This document shows, piece by piece, positions 57,479-64,000 of a DNA stretch of 64,000 nucleotides. The stretch spans positions 160,001 through 224,000 of the forward strand of contig CAWAXX010000023.1 in assembly GCA_963786105.1 (NCBI GenBank). Reading direction: 5' to 3'. Below the pieces are notes generated by a model. It had not been told where the DNA came from, ran no database searches, and saw only the letters and a list, made by a program, of their open reading frames with translations. Positions within the stretch are counted from its first letter, which is position 1. Every line of letters begins with the position of its first letter. The DNA comes from Vulcanimicrobiota bacterium (GTDB taxonomy: Bacteria > Vulcanimicrobiota > Vulcanimicrobiia > Vulcanimicrobiales > Vulcanimicrobiaceae). A program made the translations under genes and the position numbers.

Positions 57479-59302
57479 ATGAGCACGTACCGAGCGCCGT
57501 TGCGCGACATGCAGTTCGCCTTGCGCGAACTTGCCGGCATCGAGGAAATCGCCAAGCTCCCTGGTTGCGAGGACACGCTGGACGTTCTCGATTCGATCCT
57601 CGAAGAAGCCGCCACGTTTGCGAGCGGCGTCTTGGATCCGCTCAATCGAGTGGCCGACAAGGAAGGCTGTACGTTCGCCGACGGTAACGTCGCGACGCCC
57701 CAGGGTTTCAAGGAAGCGTATAAAAAGTTCGCCGACGCGGGCTGGATCGGATTGCCGGTTTCGGCCGAGTACGGGGGCCAGGGATTACCGCAGATTCTGC
57801 TCGGGCCGACGCTCGAGATGTGGAACGCCGCCAACATCGGTTTTGCCAACGGTCCGTTGCTCAATCAAGGCGCGATCGAAGCCATCGAGCTCAAAGGATC
57901 CGACGAACAAAAGAAGCGGTTCATTCCGAACTTGGTCTCGGGGAAATGGACCGGCACGATGTGTCTAACCGAGCCGCAGGCCGGATCGGATCTCGCTCAA
58001 GTCCGAACGAAGGCGGTGCCCGACGGCGATCGTTATCGTCTGATCGGGCAAAAGATTTTCATCACCTTCGGCGAGCACGACATGGCGGAAAATATCGTTC
58101 ATTTGGTCCTCGCACGGCTGCCCGACGCACCGGAAGGTACCAAGGGCATTTCGCTTTTCATCGTACCGAAGTTTCTCGTGAACGACGACGGTTCGCTGGG
58201 AGACGCCAACGAAGTCGTCTGCGCAGGCATCGAGCACAAACTCGGCATCAATGGAAACCCGACGTGCACGATGAGCATCGGCGAGGGTGGAAAGGGTGCG
58301 ATCGGTTACCTCGTCGGTGAGGCGAACCGCGGTCTCGAGTACATGTTCGTGATGATGAACGCCGCGCGTTTCTCCGTCGGCGTGCAAGGTATCGCGCTGG
58401 CGGATCGCGCGTACCAGAGCGCTCTCGAATACGCGAAGGAGCGAGTTCAAGGTCGCGACGTTAAACCGGGTTCGAAGGCGCCCGAGACCATCATCAAGCA
58501 TCCCGACGTACGGCGGATGTTGATGTGGCAGAAGGCGACCATCGAAGCGATGCGCGCTCTGGCTTACGTGACGGCCGCATCGCTCGATTTCGCGCACCGT
58601 CATCCGGACGAAAAAACGCGCAAGGAACACCGGGCGTTCGTCGAGTTGATGATTCCGGTCGTCAAGGGATGGTGTACCGAGAACGCGGTCGATTTGTGCT
58701 CGACGGCACTCCAAGTGTTCGGCGGCATGGGGTACGTTGAAGAGACCGGCATTGCCCAACAGTACCGCGACGTTCGCATCACGACGATTTACGAAGGCAC
58801 CACGGGTATTCAGGCGCTCGATTTGATCGGACGCAAGCTGATACGCGATATGGGTGCGACGGCGACGGCGGTTGGAAAGAAGATGGAAAAGGTCGCCAAG
58901 GAGTGTGCCGCGAGCGAACACGGCGACGTGAAGGCGATCGGCAAGGCGCTCGACGAGGGCTTAGCTTTGCTGGGCCAAACGTCCGGGTGGATCGGAATGA
59001 ACGCGATGTCGGACTTGCACAGAGCCTTTGCTTGTAGCGTCCCCTACCTCAAGTTATGGGGCGTCGTGGCGGGCGGATGGCAGATGGCCCGGGCAGCTCA
59101 AATTGCGGCCGAGAAGATCGCCGCGGGCGACGCCGAATCCGATTTTTACCTCGCGAAACTCGCCACCGCGAAATTCTACGCGACACACGTGCTCTCGCAG
59201 AGCCTCTGGTTTGCGCGTCAAATTCAAGAGGGGTCTGCCGACGTCATGACGCTGGCTGAAAGTCAGTTCGATCTCGATCGCAAGACCGCGGTGACCGCTT
59301 AG
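57479..59302 (+). CDS. acyl-CoA dehydrogenase (FadE5/DmdC-like)
   Basis: GTMCLTEPQAGSD, KIFIT.GEHD, EHKLGI, GGMGY, IYEGT. Confidence 0.92.
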   Translation: MSTYRAPLRDMQFALRELAGIEEIAKLPGCEDTLDVLDSILEEAATFASGVLDPLNRVADKEGCTFADGNVATPQGFKEAYKKFADAGWIGLPVSAEYGGQGLPQILLGPTLEMWNAANIGFANGPLLNQGAIEAIELKGSDEQKKRFIPNLVSGKWTGTMCLTEPQAGSDLAQVRTKAVPDGDRYRLIGQKIFITFGEHDMAENIVHLVLARLPDAPEGTKGISLFIVPKFLVNDDGSLGDANEVVCAGIEHKLGINGNPTCTMSIGEGGKGAIGYLVGEANRGLEYMFVMMNAARFSVGVQGIALADRAYQSALEYAKERVQGRDVKPGSKAPETIIKHPDVRRMLMWQKATIEAMRALAYVTAASLDFAHRHPDEKTRKEHRAFVELMIPVVKGWCTENAVDLCSTALQVFGGMGYVEETGIAQQYRDVRITTIYEGTTGIQALDLIGRKLIRDMGATATAVGKKMEKVAKECAASEHGDVKAIGKALDEGLALLGQTSGWIGMNAMSDLHRAFACSVPYLKLWGVVAGGWQMARAAQIAAEKIAAGDAESDFYLAKLATAKFYATHVLSQSLWFARQIQEGSADVMTLAESQFDLDRKTAVTA

Positions 59303-59304
59303 TC

Positions 59305-61449
59305 ATGGCGGAAGTACGCGCGCGGTCCGTCGACGGGGCCGCTACGGGCGAGACGATTTGCCTGCTGACTCTCGACAGTCCGCCGGTCAACGCGCTGTCG
59401 TTCGCCTTCTCGGCGCAGTTGCTCGCGGCCGTGGAAGCCGCCGAAAACGATCCGTCGGTGAAAGCGGTGGTGTTCACCGGAGCGAACGGACTCTTCAGCG
59501 CCGGCGCCGACGTGAACGACTTCAATACCGAACCCGCGCCCGACACGAAAACTATCCGCGACGTCATCGCCGCCGTCGAACGCGGGTCGAAGACGTACGT
59601 CGCGGCCATCGACGGCAACGCACTCGGCGGCGGCCTAGAGCTGTCGCTGGCGTGCGATTATCGCATCGCCACCCAGCGCTCGAAAATCGGCCTGCCGGAG
59701 ATCAAACTCGGCCTGCTGCCCGGCGCGGGTGGAACGCAGCGCCTGCCGCGTTTGATCGGCGCGCAAGCGGCGCTCGAGTTCATGCTCAAAGGCAATAGTC
59801 ACTCCGCCGAAAAGGCGAAAGAGCTCGGCGTCGTCGACGAAGTCGTCGAAGACGACGTGACCGGCGCGGCGGTGGCGCTGGTGAAGCGAGCGGGATCCGA
59901 AAAGCGGCGGGTTTCACAACGCAAAGCCTTCATCGGAAAGGGAATCCCCACACAAGCCGGCCCGTTCGTCGTCTCGCAGGCGCATAAGCTGCTGCCGCCC
60001 GAGGACAACGGGGGATATGCCGCCCACAAGCTCGTCGACGCGGTCGAAGCGTCGGTCGAGATGCCGTTCGAATTCGGTATCGCCCGCGAGACGCGGCTGT
60101 TCGAAGAATTGGTGCGTTCGGATCCGTCGTTGGCGTTGAGGCACGTATTCTTCGCCGAACGCGAGCTGCACAAGATTCCGGGACTAGCGGCGGCCGAACC
60201 GCTTCCGATAACCAAGGCTGGAGTCGTCGGCGCCGGCACGATGGGTACCGGGATCGCCATCGCCTTCGCGCAAGCCGGTATTCCAGTCGTAGTCGTCGAT
60301 TCCAATGATGACGCAGTCGACAAGGCGCGCCAAACCGTCATGGGTATGTTCATGTATCAAGTCCAAAAGGGCAAGCTCACGCAAGAGCAGGCCTGGCAGT
60401 GCGGCCGGTCGATCGCGTTCGGCGACGATTATGCCGAGTTGGCCGATGCGGACGTCGTCGTTGAGGCCGTATTTGAAGACATGGACGTAAAAAAGAACGT
60501 TTTTGAGAAACTCGATGCGGTCGCCAAGCCCAGCGCCATTCTCGCAACAAATACGTCCACGCTGGACGTCGACGCGCTGGCCTCGGTGACGCGGCGACCC
60601 GAGAAGTTCGTCGGATTGCACTTCTTCGTGCCCGCCAATATCATGCCGCTGCTGGAAATCGTACGCGGCGCGACGAGTTCGCCCGAGACGCTCGCAACCG
60701 CGTTCAAGCTGGGCAAGTCGCTGCGCAAGACCTCGGTGCTGTCGGCCAACGCCTTCGGGTTCATCGGCAATCGCATGATTTTTGACTACGCGCGCGAGGC
60801 CATCGCGCTGGCGGAAGAAGGCGTGTCGCCTGCACGAGTCGATGCGGTCATGAAAGCCTTCGGCTTCCCAATGGGACCGTTCGCGATGTCGGACCTGTCC
60901 GGTATCGACGTCGCGTGGCACATCGCGCGATCGCGCGGCGAAGAAGGCAAGGGGCGTACCGCCGTCATCGACCGCTTGGTCGAGATGAAACGGCTCGGTC
61001 AAAAAACGATGGCGGGATATTTTACGTACGATAAAACCATCGGCAAAGGCCGCGAGCCGATCCCCGATCCGGAGGTCGAAGCGCTGTTCGCCCAAGAGGC
61101 GCGCAAGGCCGGCATCGTGCCGCGCCATGCCGACGACGACGAGATTCGCGACCGCTTGCTCTTCGCGTTGATCAATCGCGGCGCATACCTCCTCGAGGAG
61201 GGGGTAGCCTTGCGACCCGGCGATATCGACATCGTCTACGTGTACGGTTATGGCTTTCCGCCGCACCGCGGCGGGCCGATGTGGTATGCCGATGCGGTCG
61301 GCGTCGACGTGGTGCGTGCGCGCGTGGAACAGTTCCGCAACGAATTTGGACCGCAGTGGACGCCGGCGCCGTTGCTCGCCCAAATCGCGGCCCGCGGAGG
61401 CACGTTCGCGCGGCACGATGATGCTGCAAAGGAGTTTGTCAATGCGTGA
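59305..61449 (+). CDS. enoyl-CoA hydratase / 3-hydroxyacyl-CoA dehydrogenase multifunctional enzyme
   Basis: FSAGAD, LGGGLE, PEIKLG, GAGTMG, EAVFE, TNTS, GLHFF. Confidence 0.92.
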   Translation: MAEVRARSVDGAATGETICLLTLDSPPVNALSFAFSAQLLAAVEAAENDPSVKAVVFTGANGLFSAGADVNDFNTEPAPDTKTIRDVIAAVERGSKTYVAAIDGNALGGGLELSLACDYRIATQRSKIGLPEIKLGLLPGAGGTQRLPRLIGAQAALEFMLKGNSHSAEKAKELGVVDEVVEDDVTGAAVALVKRAGSEKRRVSQRKAFIGKGIPTQAGPFVVSQAHKLLPPEDNGGYAAHKLVDAVEASVEMPFEFGIARETRLFEELVRSDPSLALRHVFFAERELHKIPGLAAAEPLPITKAGVVGAGTMGTGIAIAFAQAGIPVVVVDSNDDAVDKARQTVMGMFMYQVQKGKLTQEQAWQCGRSIAFGDDYAELADADVVVEAVFEDMDVKKNVFEKLDAVAKPSAILATNTSTLDVDALASVTRRPEKFVGLHFFVPANIMPLLEIVRGATSSPETLATAFKLGKSLRKTSVLSANAFGFIGNRMIFDYAREAIALAEEGVSPARVDAVMKAFGFPMGPFAMSDLSGIDVAWHIARSRGEEGKGRTAVIDRLVEMKRLGQKTMAGYFTYDKTIGKGREPIPDPEVEALFAQEARKAGIVPRHADDDEIRDRLLFALINRGAYLLEEGVALRPGDIDIVYVYGYGFPPHRGGPMWYADAVGVDVVRARVEQFRNEFGPQWTPAPLLAQIAARGGTFARHDDAAKEFVNA

Positions 61450-62629
61450 AGCCGCGATCGTTTCGGCGGCGCGCACGCCGATCGGACGGGCCTTTCGCGG
61501 CGCGTTCAACCAAACTCCCGGCGCGACGCTGGCCGGGCACACCGTCAAACACGCCATGGAACGCGCCGGCATCGATCCGGCGGAAGTCGACGACGTCGTG
61601 ATCGGATCGGGATTACCCGAAGGTGCGACCGGAAACAACATCGGCCGCACGGCGGCTTTGCGCGCCGGCTGCCCGGTGACTGTAGCGGGGCAAACCGTGA
61701 GTCGCTACTGCGCGTCGGGACTCGACGCGATCGCCGCCGGGGCGAAGCAAATCATCGCCGACGGCGCGAGCGTTATCGTCGCCGGCGGCGTCGAGTCGGT
61801 GAGCATGGTTCAGAACTATCTCAACATGGAGTTCTACACGGAAGAGTGGCTTTTGCGCCACGCGCCCGACGTGTACATGCCCATGCTCTACACCGCCGAC
61901 AACGTCGCCAAAAAATACGGCGTTTCGCGCGAACGGCAGGACGAGTACGCCTTGCAAAGTCAGGAACGGACGGCGGCGGCTCAGGCGGCTGGCCGTTTTG
62001 ACGCGGAAATCGTCGCGCTGCCTTCTTGGAAGTACGTGCAAGACAAAGGCACTGGCATCGTCACCGAACAACACGTCGTTTTGGGAAAAGACGAAGGCAA
62101 TCGTCCGGATACGACGCTCGAAGCGCTCCAAAAGCTTCCGGGTGCGGTGCCCGGCATCAAAGATACGACCATCACTGCGGGCAATAGTTCGCAGCTCTCA
62201 GACGGCGCTGCGGCCGTGGTGGTGATGGATGCCGAGCTGGCACGCCGCCGCGGTCTCGCACCACTCGGTTTCTATCGCGGATTTGCGGTCGCCGGATGCG
62301 AGCCCGGCGAGATGGGCATCGGCCCCATTTACGCCGTTCCCAAGCTGCTCGCGCAACGCGGCTTGACCGTCGACGACGTCGGCCTTTGGGAACTCAACGA
62401 AGCTTTCGCCGTGCAGACCGTCTATTGCCGCGACGTGCTCGGCATTCCCAACGAGCGATTCAACGTGGACGGCGGCGCGATCTCGATCGGCCATCCCTAC
62501 GGCATGAGCGGGACGCGCATGACGATGCATGCGCTGATCGAAGGCAAGCGGCGCGGCGTCAAATACGTCGTAGTCACGATGTGCATTGGGGGCGGGATGG
62601 GCGCTGCCGGCCTCTTTGAAGTCATCTGA
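61442..62629 (+). CDS. acetyl-CoA C-acyltransferase (thiolase)
   Basis: RTPIG, CASG, NEAFA, GHPYG, MCIGGG. Confidence 0.93.
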   Translation: MREAAIVSAARTPIGRAFRGAFNQTPGATLAGHTVKHAMERAGIDPAEVDDVVIGSGLPEGATGNNIGRTAALRAGCPVTVAGQTVSRYCASGLDAIAAGAKQIIADGASVIVAGGVESVSMVQNYLNMEFYTEEWLLRHAPDVYMPMLYTADNVAKKYGVSRERQDEYALQSQERTAAAQAAGRFDAEIVALPSWKYVQDKGTGIVTEQHVVLGKDEGNRPDTTLEALQKLPGAVPGIKDTTITAGNSSQLSDGAAAVVVMDAELARRRGLAPLGFYRGFAVAGCEPGEMGIGPIYAVPKLLAQRGLTVDDVGLWELNEAFAVQTVYCRDVLGIPNERFNVDGGAISIGHPYGMSGTRMTMHALIEGKRRGVKYVVVTMCIGGGMGAAGLFEVI

Positions 62630-62668
62630 GACTTGTAGGCAGCGTGCCATAACGTAACCCCATTTCCT

Positions 62669-62856
62669 GGGGACGTTCGCGTTTTCGGCTCCATCCGAAA
62701 ACGCCCGGCGTCGCCTACGCGCGAGAACTCCAGCTCCCGGAGACGCTCGCGTTTTCGGGTCCGTCCGAAAACGCTACTCGCTTCGTCGCCGCTCCCGCCC
62801 TCCGGGCTCCGCGGCTCCTTCAGACGCTCCGGAAGCTGGACTTCTCGTGCGTAGGC
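62669..62856. repeat. diverged copy 4 of the structured repeat: a partial core plus an arm-core-arm unit without terminal modules
   Basis: Partial core 62669-62704; arms 62713-62738 and 62831-62856; GCGTTTTCG..TCCG..CGAAAACGCTACTCG conserved. Confidence 0.82.
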
Positions 62857-62864
62857 TCGTTTCG

Positions 62865-63152
62865 TTAACTAGACTTGGGGGAGTAGGCGATGCAGTAGCC
62901 GTTGGGGCTGATCGTACCATCGACGATTTTGCACGTGCCGTCGGCTGTCGGCGTTTTGCCGGCGATGTAGAACGTGCAGTTCGAGCACTTCTTGCTGCCG
63001 TTGGGCTTAGTTTGGTATTTGAACTGCGCCTGCGAGCCTTTGGCCCGCGCGGGAGCGGTTTCGGCGGAATAGAGCAAGCCGGCGAGCGCCGGTAGAATGA
63101 CTGCGCGCTGCACGAATTCGCCGCGCGTGAGCCCTTTCGGGGAATGCTTCAT
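62865..63152 (-). CDS. high-potential iron-sulfur protein (HiPIP, Iro-like)
   Basis: YQ..P...K.CSNC.FY...C..V.G.I...GYC; signal peptide; GGAGG RBS before the ATG at 63152. Confidence 0.88.
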   Translation of the reverse strand: MKHSPKGLTRGEFVQRAVILPALAGLLYSAETAPARAKGSQAQFKYQTKPNGSKKCSNCTFYIAGKTPTADGTCKIVDGTISPNGYCIAYSPKSS

Positions 63153-63306
63153 GTCGGTTACCTCCGGGTACATGATACCCAGCCAGCGGCAGAGGCACCT
63201 CCATGTGCCCTGCCGGCGGTTTTTCAGTCAATCTTAACCGCTTTGCCGCGTTCGACCGGTACGGCCGGGGAAATTTCAGCGTTGAAAGCAGTGGAGGCAC
63301 GCAATC

Positions 63307-64000
63307 ATGATTCTTCTTTCGAAAAAAACACTAGGAGCGGCGCTCGCGGGAGTGATCGCGGTGACCGCAACGCTGGCGGCGGCTCAGCCGGCGTTGGCGC
63401 AATACACCGTCGCGGGTGCGCCGGGCGTTGCGAACGTCAGCGTCGTTCAAGGCGACGTCGTCATCGTCCGCGGCGATAGCGGCGAACAGGTGGCGGCGTC
63501 AATCAACGCGCCGTTGCTGCCTGGGGACTATATCTCCACCGCCGGCAGCTCGAGGAGCGAAGTCCAGTTCGACGGCATCTCGATGCTGCGGCTGGCTGCG
63601 GACACCCAAGTCCGCTTCGTCAGTCTCAATCCCCGGTCGCGCGAAATGCAGGTCGCGGCGGGTACCGTCGAACTCGCGGAGTTGCAGAGTGCCGACGGCA
63701 GCCCGCAAATCGATACCCCGTCGGTAACCGTTCGCGCCAACCGGGCCGGCGATTACCGCGTTTCCGTGCTGTCGAACGGGCAGACGCAGGTCACGGTGCG
63801 CAGCGGATCGGCGACGGTCGCCAGCGCCGCCGGAACGCAAGTACTTACGCCGGGCACGACCCTAGTAGCGTACGGATCGTACTCCAGCCCCTCGACTTCC
63901 TTGAATGCGGCGATTGCCTACGATGCCTTCGATGCGTTCAACGCCAACCGCGACAGCGCGATTGTGGCCGCTTACAACTCCGACCGCTATCTATCTCCGC
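63307..64000 (+). CDS. secreted FecR-domain protein (DUF6600-type), 3'-truncated by the window edge
   Basis: MILLSKKTLGAALAG signal; VSVVQGDV..., INAPLLPGDYIST...SRSEVQFD; GGAGG RBS; no stop before the window end. Confidence 0.75.
   Translation, partial: MILLSKKTLGAALAGVIAVTATLAAAQPALAQYTVAGAPGVANVSVVQGDVVIVRGDSGEQVAASINAPLLPGDYISTAGSSRSEVQFDGISMLRLAADTQVRFVSLNPRSREMQVAAGTVELAELQSADGSPQIDTPSVTVRANRAGDYRVSVLSNGQTQVTVRSGSATVASAAGTQVLTPGTTLVAYGSYSSPSTSLNAAIAYDAFDAFNANRDSAIVAAYNSDRYLSP

Overview
High-GC (roughly 63-65%, by eye) chromosomal window, densely coding, with no rRNA, tRNA, CRISPR array, transposase or prophage that I can see. Gene content is diderm (TonB-dependent receptor, alpha-2-macroglobulin/PbpC) combined with Terrabacteria-type gene order (topA-trmFO-hslVU, def-fmt-rsmB, fhaA-fhaB-PP2C-rodA, GerMN). 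This would fit Ca. Eremiobacterota, but that is inference only. Main content: ba3-type cytochrome c oxidase (cbaD/B/A), universal stress proteins, SixA, adenosine kinase plus a secreted adenosine-deaminase-like protein, VIT1 and CopA, a divergent Rieske oxygenase/SolA/TBDR cluster, cell-wall genes, oppDF, topA-trmFO-hslVU, def-fmt-rsmB-FHA-FHA-PP2C-like-rodA, paralogous lipoproteins, pbpC/A2M, a beta-oxidation operon and a HiPIP. Two things stand out. (1) An intergenic structured repeat family with a conserved 96-nt core, closed by long inverted arms whose sequence differs in every copy, and often flanked by GTCATCCTGAGC-type terminal modules. (2) A divergent locus where a protamine/histone-H1-like gene (50% K+R) and a probably leaderless topA are separated by a 65-bp alternating purine-pyrimidine tract, a candidate Z-DNA supercoiling sensor. 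Other oddities are a PP2C pseudophosphatase, an A2M with no thioester motif, and a mini-paralog carrying three in-frame deletions.
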